Counted from the stretch's first letter, positions 45,411 through 52,934 are shown. The stretch: 64,000 nt of DNA from Dehalococcoidia bacterium (GCA_034422455.1 DAOUJQ010000004.1:45737-109736), one strand, 5' to 3'. Notes: generated by a model from the sequence alone, not told the origin. Program-made: numbers and translations.

Positions 45411-46559
45411 CTAGTACGCCTGGAACAGCTGGCCCCACGGCGTTTTGAGCGCCTCGCGGATGCGGGGTTTGCCTTTGAGCGTGCGCCAGTAGCCGTTGTG
45501 GTAGACGTTCGAGGCGAGGTAGGCGAGGGGGACTAGGGGCGATCGGAGCCAGAGGCGTTCGAGGAACTTGAGGGGGCCCCAGTAGATGAGCTTCTGGCCT
45601 CGGCTGGCGAGGGTGTTTTCGACCGATTGGAAGCCGTAGTTGACCTCCGCGATGTCCTCGCCCACGACCTCGATCTCGCGCGGGTCGCCGCAGCCAAGGC
45701 CGCGCTCGTGGGCGATGCGGATGAAGTCGATCGCCATCGGGTCGAAGCCCATCATCTTCGCCGCGATGGCGTCGATCGCCACCTGGTCGGCCGACGCCAG
45801 CATGACGCCCGGCGTGTGCCAGCGCATGGCGCGCGGGCCGGGGCCGTCCCCCGCGAACGTCCCGTCCATGACCGCGAACAGCCCCGAGTGCAGCTCCTGC
45901 TGGATGGTCAGCAGGTCCACCAGCGTCTCATGGATGACGGCGTGGGTCCAGTGGCGCTTGCGGTTCAGCAGCCCGCCGAAGGCGTTCTTCATGGCCCCCG
46001 TCATGGTGGTGAAGACGTGGGTCTTCATGGTGGGGAGCTGGACGATGCTCTTGCCCGCAAAGCTGGCGGGCACGGTGATGCCCTCCGGGAAGATCTTGTC
46101 CAGCACCAGCATCTCACCCCGCGGCTCGTAGCGCACCCATTCGTTCGGCGGCACGTCGAGGTGGACCGTCGGCACGCCCAGCCGGTCCGTCACCGGCTTG
46201 TGCTTGTTCGCGACCTCGCCCTCGTACGAGTCGACGACGACGGTGCCGTTGTGCGCGCCGATGAGCTCCCCGTACCCGTCCTCCCGCAGCGTCCGGATGA
46301 CGCCCTCCAGCTGCCACGGCGACGTGGAGCAGGCGGGGTACCAGTGCTGCCACGAGATGTTGATCTTGAGCAGCACCGGGTCGGCGGCGGGCAGCGCGTC
46401 CCGGTACCCCGCCATGCGCATCGCCGCGCCCGTGTCGTCCAGCACCGTCTCCGGCGTCGTCCGCACGACGGCGACGACGGAGCGCCGGGCGCGTCCTTCG
46501 ACCGTGCTCAGGACAGGCTCAGGACTTGCGGCGTCGGACGGGGTGGGCTGCGTCGTCAT
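45411..46559 (-). CDS. DUF362-domain protein
   Basis: Start ATG 46559. The body (VVAVVRTTPETVLDD...LLKINISWQ...) fits the DUF362 pattern. The N-terminal codons EPVLSTVEG are encoded by a RepB-like element, so the true start may lie further downstream. Confidence 0.75.
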   Translation of the reverse strand: MTTQPTPSDAASPEPVLSTVEGRARRSVVAVVRTTPETVLDDTGAAMRMAGYRDALPAADPVLLKINISWQHWYPACSTSPWQLEGVIRTLREDGYGELIGAHNGTVVVDSYEGEVANKHKPVTDRLGVPTVHLDVPPNEWVRYEPRGEMLVLDKIFPEGITVPASFAGKSIVQLPTMKTHVFTTMTGAMKNAFGGLLNRKRHWTHAVIHETLVDLLTIQQELHSGLFAVMDGTFAGDGPGPRAMRWHTPGVMLASADQVAIDAIAAKMMGFDPMAIDFIRIAHERGLGCGDPREIEVVGEDIAEVNYGFQSVENTLASRGQKLIYWGPLKFLERLWLRSPLVPLAYLASNVYHNGYWRTLKGKPRIREALKTPWGQLFQAY

Positions 46560-46644
46560 GGGGACAGTGTACCGCAGGGGGCGGGCCCTTCGACAGGCTT
46601 CCTTCGACAGGCTCAGGACGAACGGGTGCGCGCCCTCCGACACG

Positions 46645-46683
46645 GAAAGAGGCCTCCCCCGCGAGCAGTTGGGGGAGGCCTCT
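46645..46683 (-). terminator. Hairpin immediately downstream of the large surface-protein gene
   Basis: Perfect 13-bp stem AGAGGCCTCCCCC / GGGGGAGGCCTCT with a 10-nt loop, 22 nt after the stop codon. The T tract on the minus strand is short. Confidence 0.55.
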
Positions 46684-46705
46684 TTGTCGAGGGAGGGCTA
46701 GGAGG

Positions 46706-49700
46706 TTACGGGATGATCACCCCGTCCACCGTGGAGTAGAGCCAGTAGCCCTTGCCCACGGTCACAGCCTTCTTGAGGGTGACCGAGTCTCCGTCATTAA
46801 AGACGGCGTCCTTAGGATCGGACTTGTCGATGAAGGCAAGGGCTTGGCACGGCTCGGCGTTGCCCTCAACCTTGTCGTTGGCACTCTTGTCAGCATCCGT
46901 GCCTACTGCCCTGCCCGTGCAGGGGTTCGTGCCACCATGGTTGACTACCTCAGTCGCGCCCGGCGTCACGGATATCCACGTGCGATTCAGGGTGTTAAAG
47001 GTCAGCGCCTTCAACCACCCTGAGCCGCTGCCGGACTTCAGTGTGCCGAAGTAGTCATCCGCCGCAATGCCTGCAGGCGTTGGAATATCGTTGCTGACGA
47101 TCGGCACCAAGTTCCAGCCCTTCACCACCGTGATGGCAGGCGGGGGCGGCGGCGCCGCGGCTGCGGTGGCCAGTGCGGGCCGCAGCAGCGCCAACGGTAG
47201 GAATTTCTCTGTCTGGATGAAGTAGGCCGTGTTGGCCGTCAGCACTGTGATGTCCCCCGTGAACAGGCCGGTCTCAGCGTCGCGACGCGAAACCATCCAG
47301 ACCTGGCTGAGGTTGTCGTACGTCATCACGATGCGCGCCGGGTGGTTGGCCGGGATCACGCTGTTGATGGCCGGGTTGGCCGGCTGGAAGGGCAGGGAGA
47401 TGAGGTTCCAGCCAGGGGACAGAGGGATGTTCACCGGCTTGGGAGCCACGACCTTCCACTTGGACGTCAGGCTCTGAGCCGTGCCGGACCCGTCCTTGCG
47501 GTTGTTCCCCGCTTCGTCCATGGCTTTCACCGTCAATTCGTAGCTGCCCACCTTGGGGTTCAGTAGCGGAATAGTGAACTGGATGTTATCCGGGCTGCTG
47601 ACGTCCGTGGTCAGATCGAGGGCGTTAGTTGTGGATGTCCCGTCGGCGAAGCTCACCTTCAGACTGGCAGAAGTCAGCGTGACCGTCCGGTAACTGTCTC
47701 GCGTGTACTCCCCCGTCTCGTCCTTGAAGTCCACAGTGACAATCATGGGGTCTACAGATTCAACCTCAGGCTGGGTTGCCGAGCCGTACACCGCCTTCTT
47801 GTCAGACACGGAGACCACAGGGTCATCACCGCCGTTGAGCTGGTCGTCCAACTCAAAAGTGAAGGAACTGGCCGTGTTGGCTGCGCTGGAGTTGCCGGCG
47901 GCGCCCTTGTTGTTTTGGTTCTGGGTGTCACTGCCTTCGGCGTAGACGTTGTACTCGCCTCTGCCGAGGTTCCCAACGTCGGCCGTGTAGCTGTAGGACA
48001 ATGCCGTCACCGGGCTGGCTGACACATTGGGTTCAGTGTCCCGCTCAGCCGCGCCCGCGTTGGTCGTCACCTTGGTCACCCACAGTTGGGGCGCCGCGCC
48101 CAGTTGCTCGTCGCTGCTGATGGTGATCTTTACCTTTTCATTGCTGAGGGCCTTGTCCTTGTCCAGGCTCAGGTTGGGTCCCAGACGGTCGACGGCCCTG
48201 ATCGTGTCGCCGCCGTAGGCGTTGCCCGCCCGGTCCCTGATGACGCCGCTGGCAATGGTAATAGCCGGCTTCGCGCTAGATCCCAGGTCCGTCCCCAGGG
48301 TCAAGAAAACCAGGAAGCTGTTGGCTGCCTTGGTTTCTGTGGCGGCCAGGCTCTTGCCCGCGGTGTCGACTACCAGCACCGATTCCACCGTGTTGCCCGA
48401 TACCTGGAAGGCCGAGGCGGTGACGGTGGCCGTGTCCAGACCGCCCGCGTCAATGAAGGTGATCTGGATGGAGTCCTTCTTGGCTTTGGTCCCCGTCAGG
48501 TGCTTGGCTGGGGAGCCGCCCCAAGCGTGGCCCGTCACGGCGTTGGGCGTCCCTAGGGCGGGCGGCGTCCCGTCCACGGTGATGAGGCGCGTGTTCAAGA
48601 TCTCGAAAGACGCGCCTTTGGGGATCGCGATCGCCACCTTCTTGGTGAACGTATACGCGCGTGGGGTGTCGTTGCCGGCGGTGCCACCGTGGTTGCCGGT
48701 AGCGGGATCGTTGTCCAAGTCGCCCGAAATCATGCCAAGTAACGACAGATCGGCCATGAAGGCGTCCCCAGCAGCCAACGTGAACGTTCCATCGCTATTG
48801 GAGAAGTCGTCAATCGCCTTGGTATGGGTGACGGTCCCCACGGACCACTTGGCACCCGTGTTGGGCGTGAATGTGACGTTGGTAGTGGCCGTTCCGTCGG
48901 TGTCGGTGGCAGAGTCGTGGTTAACGTCTGCGGGGGCATCATAAATGCCACCGGTCGTCGTCACATCCGCAGAGGTGGCCGTAGTGGTAATCTTGATCCG
49001 ACGGCCGTTAAAGACATCGTCTTGGTACCCCGCGTTGGCGAAGTCTTCGGAGACCACTGTCGTGCCGGCCGCGAGGCCAGCAGTACTGGCCTTGCCGGTG
49101 ATGCTGCCGGCGCTCTCCTTGACGTTGCCCGCCAAGTCCTCCGCCACAAAGTACCACGGCACCTTCTGGCCCAAGCCCTCAACGTCCGAGGATGACAGGG
49201 ACTTGGTGACCCTCCACCCATCGGTGATGGACGAAAGGTTGCTTTCCGCCAGGCTCACGGGCGTCTGGCCAAGGTAGAGTTCAATGCGTCCCTTGGCGCT
49301 GCTGACAGCGGTCTGCCGCTCTTGGTTGTTGCTGGCCAACACATCCGCGGCCTTGCTCTTGAACCCGGCGTTACTGTCCGTCACATTCGCACTGAAGGCG
49401 ATATTGACGGCCCGCTTCACTACCAGGTCCGCATCCGGCGAGTTCACCAGCACGGAGGGGTCCTGGTTGTCCACCGTCAGGATCCGGGAGATGCCCAATT
49501 GCCCTGACTGCTTTAGCGTCACCTGGATCCGGTTCCCGTGGAAGGCCTTCACTTCAATGACGTGGGCGGTGTTGTCCGCGCTATCGTCAGGGCTGCCTAC
49601 CTGATTGCGGCCCGTGCGAACGTCCCGATCGTCCTTCAGACCGGAGCTCTTGTGGACTGCCCGCACGGAGACTGCCGAGGCAAAGGCTGAAGCAAGATAG

Positions 49701-50065
49701 ACCTTGGGGTTGGCGTCAGAGCCGTCGATGTCAGTGGGGTCAGCAGTTTCGACTGCAGCGCCAGCACTAGTAATCTTGTCCCTGACGCTCTCTGAGTCCA
49801 GGTTGCGGATTTCCACCGTCGCATCCGAGTCAGTGGAAGAGGCAAGGATCGTAAACATGGCGTCCGTTGCCGTGCAGCCTCGAGAGCAAACGCTGGTGGA
49901 GGAAACGGCGGCAGCTTCACCTGTTACTGCTGCCAGGTTTGAGCTCGCGGTGAGCGTCAATGTGCCGCTCGTCTGCGCCTGCACGCTGCCCTGCGTGTTG
50001 AGGCCCATGACCACGAGCAGGGCCAGGACCGCGAGGATTGAACCGAACTTCCAAAACTGTCTCAT
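46706..50065 (-). CDS. Large secreted cell-surface protein (S-layer-like), 1119 aa
   Basis: Start ATG 50065 is preceded by AAGGAG. Signal peptide MRQFWKFGSILAVLALLVVMGLN. The body is Thr/Ser/Ala/Asp/Val-rich and looks beta-rich. The C-terminal module is duplicated (PGWNLISLPF...AYFIQ and KGWNLVPIV...GYWLY). GC is lower than in the surroundings. Confidence 0.85.
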   Translation of the reverse strand: MRQFWKFGSILAVLALLVVMGLNTQGSVQAQTSGTLTLTASSNLAAVTGEAAAVSSTSVCSRGCTATDAMFTILASSTDSDATVEIRNLDSESVRDKITSAGAAVETADPTDIDGSDANPKVYLASAFASAVSVRAVHKSSGLKDDRDVRTGRNQVGSPDDSADNTAHVIEVKAFHGNRIQVTLKQSGQLGISRILTVDNQDPSVLVNSPDADLVVKRAVNIAFSANVTDSNAGFKSKAADVLASNNQERQTAVSSAKGRIELYLGQTPVSLAESNLSSITDGWRVTKSLSSSDVEGLGQKVPWYFVAEDLAGNVKESAGSITGKASTAGLAAGTTVVSEDFANAGYQDDVFNGRRIKITTTATSADVTTTGGIYDAPADVNHDSATDTDGTATTNVTFTPNTGAKWSVGTVTHTKAIDDFSNSDGTFTLAAGDAFMADLSLLGMISGDLDNDPATGNHGGTAGNDTPRAYTFTKKVAIAIPKGASFEILNTRLITVDGTPPALGTPNAVTGHAWGGSPAKHLTGTKAKKDSIQITFIDAGGLDTATVTASAFQVSGNTVESVLVVDTAGKSLAATETKAANSFLVFLTLGTDLGSSAKPAITIASGVIRDRAGNAYGGDTIRAVDRLGPNLSLDKDKALSNEKVKITISSDEQLGAAPQLWVTKVTTNAGAAERDTEPNVSASPVTALSYSYTADVGNLGRGEYNVYAEGSDTQNQNNKGAAGNSSAANTASSFTFELDDQLNGGDDPVVSVSDKKAVYGSATQPEVESVDPMIVTVDFKDETGEYTRDSYRTVTLTSASLKVSFADGTSTTNALDLTTDVSSPDNIQFTIPLLNPKVGSYELTVKAMDEAGNNRKDGSGTAQSLTSKWKVVAPKPVNIPLSPGWNLISLPFQPANPAINSVIPANHPARIVMTYDNLSQVWMVSRRDAETGLFTGDITVLTANTAYFIQTEKFLPLALLRPALATAAAAPPPPPAITVVKGWNLVPIVSNDIPTPAGIAADDYFGTLKSGSGSGWLKALTFNTLNRTWISVTPGATEVVNHGGTNPCTGRAVGTDADKSANDKVEGNAEPCQALAFIDKSDPKDAVFNDGDSVTLKKAVTVGKGYWLYSTVDGVIIP

Positions 50066-50159
50066 CGTTGGGTACTCCTTCATTTGATTGAAATGCCGCG
50101 TTAACACCTGGTGAGAGCCTCGATTGTTCGCTCCGGCATCCCCCTTTCGCATAAGGTGC

Positions 50160-50200
50160 ATGGCGTGCATTGTAACAGCAACAATGATGTTGCTGCTACC
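50160..50200 (-). promoter_or_regulatory. Putative extended -10 promoter with overlapping palindromic operator upstream of the surface-protein gene
   Basis: The minus strand reads CAGCAACA-TCAT-TGTTGCTG (plus coordinates 50176-50195, perfect 8-bp arms). It runs directly into TGTTACAAT (50177-50169), which is a TGn-TACAAT extended -10. The implied 5' UTR is about 95 nt. Confidence 0.5.
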
Positions 50201-50457
50201 CAACACAAGCATACAACGAGGCAGGGCGCGGGGAAGTTCCATGCGTGGGGGGGCCTTTTCCGTCGTTCCCGCGCAGGCGGGAACCCAGAGGGGCGGGGCC
50301 GGGTGGGGGGATCCCTGCCACCAGCCCCTCGCGCGGGCGCGGTCGATGGCGCTACCCTCGCGGCATGCATCGCCGACACGAGAGCACAGCGCCGACGCGA
50401 CCGCTCACCCTGAGCCTGTCGAAGGGTCCTGCGCAGGCGGGAACCCAGAGGGGCGGC

Positions 50458-50541
50458 CGGATTCGCTTCCCCCTCGGTAAAATTCGTGTTGTATCTGCAA
50501 CGTGCCAAACCAGCTTCAACACGAATCGCAACACGAATCCC
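50458..50541 (+). repeat. RepH-alpha hairpin element, copy 1
   Basis: Outer inverted repeat GGATTCG...CGAATCC and inner stem TTCGTGTTG...CAACACGAA. The 41-nt core at 50484-50524 is identical to copies 2 and 3. Confidence 0.85.
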
Positions 50542-50637
50542 CGCAGCCCCTCCGATCACCCTGAGCCTGTCGAAGGGCCCCGCGCAGGCAGAGCCTGTCC
50601 CCGCGCAGGCGGGGAAACCCAGAGGGGCGGGGGTGGG

Positions 50638-50729
50638 CGGGGGAATTGTTCCCCCCTGATGAAAAATTTTTCGTGTTGTATCTGCAACGTGCCAAACCAG
50701 CTTCAACACGAAAAACAAAACAATTCCCC
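50638..50729 (+). repeat. RepH-alpha hairpin element, copy 2
   Basis: Outer inverted repeat GGGGGAATTGTT...AACAATTCCCCC. Its sequence differs from copies 1 and 3 but it is still self-complementary. Identical 41-nt core at 50671-50711. Confidence 0.85.
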
Positions 50730-50798
50730 CGCAGCTACGCCCCGCCCCCTTCCGTCGTTCCTGCGCAGGCAGGAACCCAGAGGGGAGAGGGCGCGGGG

Positions 50799-50886
50799 CG
50801 GGGGATTCGCTTCCCCCCCGGTGAATATCCGTGTTGTATCTGCAACGTGCCAAACCAGCTTCAACACGAATCGCAAGACGAATCCC
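50799..50886 (+). repeat. RepH-alpha hairpin element, copy 3
   Basis: Outer inverted repeat GGGGGATTCG...CGAATCCCC. Identical 41-nt core at 50829-50869. Confidence 0.85.
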
Positions 50887-51046
50887 CGGCGGGCCCTTCG
50901 ACAAGCTCAGGGCGAACGGAGGGAGGGGAGCGCAGCCGCCCGTTCGTCCTGAGCCCGTCGAAGGATGGCCGGGCGGCGGCGGGGGCGGGGCGCACCCCGT
51001 TCGTCCTGAGGGAAATCGAAGGATGGACGGGGTGCGGGGGCGGGGG

Positions 51047-51292
51047 TTATTGGTCGCGGGGGGTGGCCGGGATCTCCGTCGTCCACCAGGCGGCGATGTC
51101 CCGGTCCAGCTGGGCGATCTGGCGGCCGTTGAGGTGGAAGAAGGTCACGTGGGGCGTGCGCTTCTCCATGCGGTCGGCGACGAGGCGGATGATCGGCGGC
51201 CAGTCGCTGATGACGCGGGTGCCGTCGTCGGAGTTGACGACGATGGGGGCCAGGAGGAGGTTGTAGACCTGGGGGCGGCGCTCGGTGGCCAT
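51047..51292 (-). CDS. Hypothetical protein (81 aa), co-transcribed with the CI-like repressor
   Basis: The ATG is preceded by AGGAGAAGGA, 12 nt after the stop of the upstream gene. No recognisable motif. Confidence 0.6.
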   Translation of the reverse strand: MATERRPQVYNLLLAPIVVNSDDGTRVISDWPPIIRLVADRMEKRTPHVTFFHLNGRQIAQLDRDIAAWWTTEIPATPRDQ

Positions 51293-51304
51293 GCGTCCTT
51301 CTCC

Positions 51305-52000
51305 TTACAGCCCGTAGCCGGCGCCGTCGTAGAGGCAGTGGGCCACCCAGCGGACCTCGCCCCAGACCTCGTCATCGCCGGTGTGCTCCATGCGGGCGCC
51401 GAGGGGGTGGTCGCTGCACCAGTACCAGCCGCCGGCGGGGTACTGGCGGGCGCGGCGGACGTGGATGTCGCCGGCGTGCTCGAAGACGTAGAGGCGGTTC
51501 TCGACGGGGACGGCGCGGGAGCAATCGACGAGGATGGTGCTGCCGTGGGGGAGCGTCGGCATCATGGCGTCGCCGACGACGTGGAAGACCCGGGAGTGCT
51601 TGGGGTCGACACCGAGGGTGTCGAGGAGCTCGCGGCGGCGGAAGGGGTAGCTGCCCTCGGCGGGGAAGACGGTCGAGTCGCCGGAGAGGCCGGCGAGGGC
51701 GGGCTGGGCGCAGGTCTCGACGAAGGCGACGTCGACGGCGTCGTACGCGGCGGCCGGGTGCGGGTTGTCCGTCAGCTCCAGGAGGTAGTCGAGGGAGGTG
51801 TTGAGGTACATGGCCATCTGGATGAGCTTCTCCAGGGAGGGTTGCGCGCGGCCGGAGAGGATTTTGGAGACGGTGGGCTGCGCCGAGTCCAGGCTGTAGC
51901 CGATGTGGTCGCCAAGACTCTGCTGCGTGACGCCTTGGCGCGCCATCGCGGCGATCAGTCGCTCTCTGCTAAGTGCGGGCTGTCTGTCCTTGCGTCCCAT
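51305..52000 (-). CDS. CI/LexA-like repressor: XRE-type HTH plus S24 peptidase-like domain with substituted catalytic residues
   Basis: HTH VTQQSLGDHIGYSLDSAQPTVSKILSG. The S24 domain reads VVGDAMMPTL, where GDSM is expected, and IHVRRAR, where a Lys is expected. Start chosen at ATG 52000 (GGGAGGA upstream, promoter at 52029-52057). The ORF remains open up to 52072. Confidence 0.8.
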   Translation of the reverse strand: MGRKDRQPALSRERLIAAMARQGVTQQSLGDHIGYSLDSAQPTVSKILSGRAQPSLEKLIQMAMYLNTSLDYLLELTDNPHPAAAYDAVDVAFVETCAQPALAGLSGDSTVFPAEGSYPFRRRELLDTLGVDPKHSRVFHVVGDAMMPTLPHGSTILVDCSRAVPVENRLYVFEHAGDIHVRRARQYPAGGWYWCSDHPLGARMEHTGDDEVWGEVRWVAHCLYDGAGYGL

Positions 52001-52028
52001 CCACGTGCTCCATTCCTCCCTCGCGCCC

Positions 52029-52102
52029 ATTATTGCTAGCAACAACTCTCTTGACAAATGTATGTCATGCATCTACCTTACGGGCATGAACATGCATGAC
52101 AT
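52029..52102. promoter_or_regulatory. Back-to-back divergent promoters and inverted-repeat operator of the CI/Cro-like pair
   Basis: Plus strand: TTGACA (52051-52056) - 17 nt - TACCTT (52074-52079), which puts the transcription start at about the ATG 52086 (leaderless). Minus strand: TTGTCA (52057-52052) - 17 nt - AATAAT (52034-52029). A perfect 11-bp inverted repeat, ATGTCATGCAT (52062-52072) / ATGCATGACAT (52092-52102), brackets the plus-strand -10 and start codon. Confidence 0.6.
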
Positions 52103-52331
52103 GCATCTTCAAAAGCGAGTGGCCCGGTCCGGCGTGACCCAGGAACGGCTCGCGCTGACGCTGGGGATCGACCCCACGCAGTTTAGCCGGTATATCCGCG
52201 GGCTGCGCCGCGCGCCCGAGGGCTTCGAGGAGCAGGTCAGCGCGATGCTCGACCGGCTGGAGGCCGCGGAGCAGGCGGCGGAGCAGGCCGCGCAAGAGGC
52301 GCGAGAGCGCATCCTGGCGAACGAGGAGTGA
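52086..52331 (+). CDS. Cro-like small HTH protein (81 aa)
   Basis: MNMHDMHLQKRVARSGVTQERLALTLGIDPTQFSRYIRG is an HTH, followed by an acidic helical tail. Divergent from the CI-like gene. Confidence 0.7.
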   Translation: MNMHDMHLQKRVARSGVTQERLALTLGIDPTQFSRYIRGLRRAPEGFEEQVSAMLDRLEAAEQAAEQAAQEARERILANEE

Positions 52332-52346
52332 GGGCGAGGGCGGCGG

Positions 52347-52601
52347 TCAGCCGCTGCTGAAGACCGAGTCGAGGGCGCGGTGGCAGCGGCCCTCGACGGC
52401 AGCGTCGCCGGGGTCGCCGCCGAGCCCCGCGAGGAGCGCGCCGCAGCGGTCCAGGAACGCGTCGAGGTCGCCGTCCGCGCGGTAGTCGTAGAGTGCCTCG
52501 CGGAACGCGTCGACGGCGCCATCGGCCGCAACCGCGTCCACGCGCGCGATGCATCCGTCAATCGCGCGTGCAAGGGTGAAGGCGTCGAGCATGTCCGCCA
52601 T
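52347..52601 (-). CDS. Hypothetical protein (84 aa)
   Basis: ATG 52601 (MADMLDAF...). The track ORF extends upstream across the tRNA-Leu gene, which I do not accept. No motif recognised. Confidence 0.4.
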   Translation of the reverse strand: MADMLDAFTLARAIDGCIARVDAVAADGAVDAFREALYDYRADGDLDAFLDRCGALLAGLGGDPGDAAVEGRCHRALDSVFSSG

Positions 52602-52626
52602 GGCGCGTCTCGCGTGGATGCAAGAG

Positions 52627-52712
52627 TGGTGCCGAAGGAGGGAGTCGAACCCACACGCCCTCGCGGGCAGCGGATTTTGAGTCCGCCGCGTCTTCCATTC
52701 CGCCACTTCGGC
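52627..52712 (-). tRNA. tRNA-Leu (anticodon CAA), long variable arm, CCA encoded
   Basis: The reverse complement is GCCGAAGTGGCGGAATGGAAGACGCGGCGGACTCAAAATCCGCTGCCCGCGAGGGCGTGTGGGTTCGACTCCCTCCTTCGGCACCA. Confidence 0.9.
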
Positions 52713-52843
52713 CTGGGTGCACCATCGATTGTACGGGAACCGTCGCCGCCCCTCAACCGAGCGGCGGGCGGCAGCGCGGTGCTGACACGGCGTCGGCGGG
52801 TGCGCTATACTGGATGAGTCGCACCGCATTGGCCGTATCGCGT

Positions 52844-52920
52844 GGCGCATTCGTCTAGCGGCCAAGGACACCGCCCTCTCAAGGCGGAGACCACGGGTTC
52901 GAATCCCGTATGCGCCACCA
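52844..52920 (+). tRNA. tRNA-Glu (anticodon CTC), CCA encoded
   Basis: GGCGCAT acceptor, GTCTAGCGGCCAAGGAC D arm, anticodon stem CCGCC/GGCGG with loop CTCTCAA, T arm ACGGG-TTCGAAT-CCCGT, then ATGCGCC-A-CCA. Confidence 0.9.
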
Positions 52921-52934
52921 CCTTCCGAGGGCCG

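Larger units (their letters stand above)
50243..51046. repeat. 800-bp intergenic region made almost entirely of nested repeats (RepB, RepC, RepH)
   Basis: RepC at 50259-50296, 50427-50455, 50577-50632 and 50751-50790. RepB at 50403-50426 and 50552-50576. Inverted RepB pair 50893-50918 / 50938-50963. RepB variant 50994-51031. Three RepH-alpha copies. Confidence 0.85.

Noticed and set aside
44624-45448. ORFs inside repeat-filled spacers: 44624..45448, 44741..45067, 50101..50904, 50245..50952, 18723..19102 and others
   Set aside because: Their sequences are translations of RepA-D and RepH elements (for example PFDGLRANG, SFLRRQEPRG). They lack start-site signals and change frame between copies, so they are not credible proteins.
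46706-50065. Diversity-generating retroelement or phase-variable system acting on the surface protein
   Set aside because: There is no reverse transcriptase, no template/variable repeat pair, no invertase and no simple-sequence tract in or near the gene.
50484-50869. Possible CRISPR array, because a 41-nt sequence repeats three times with partial dyad symmetry
   Set aside because: There are only three copies. The intervening sequences are 117-146 nt, far longer than spacers, and they consist of other repeat families shared between units. No cas genes or leader are present in the window. The same element also occurs singly elsewhere, at 62.7 kb.
51047-52920. Prophage or integrative-element remnant at tRNA-Leu and tRNA-Glu, suggested by the CI/Cro-like pair
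   Set aside because: There is no integrase, excisionase, or structural or replication gene. I found no direct repeat of either tRNA 3' end elsewhere in the window. I therefore report only the regulatory pair, not a mobile element.
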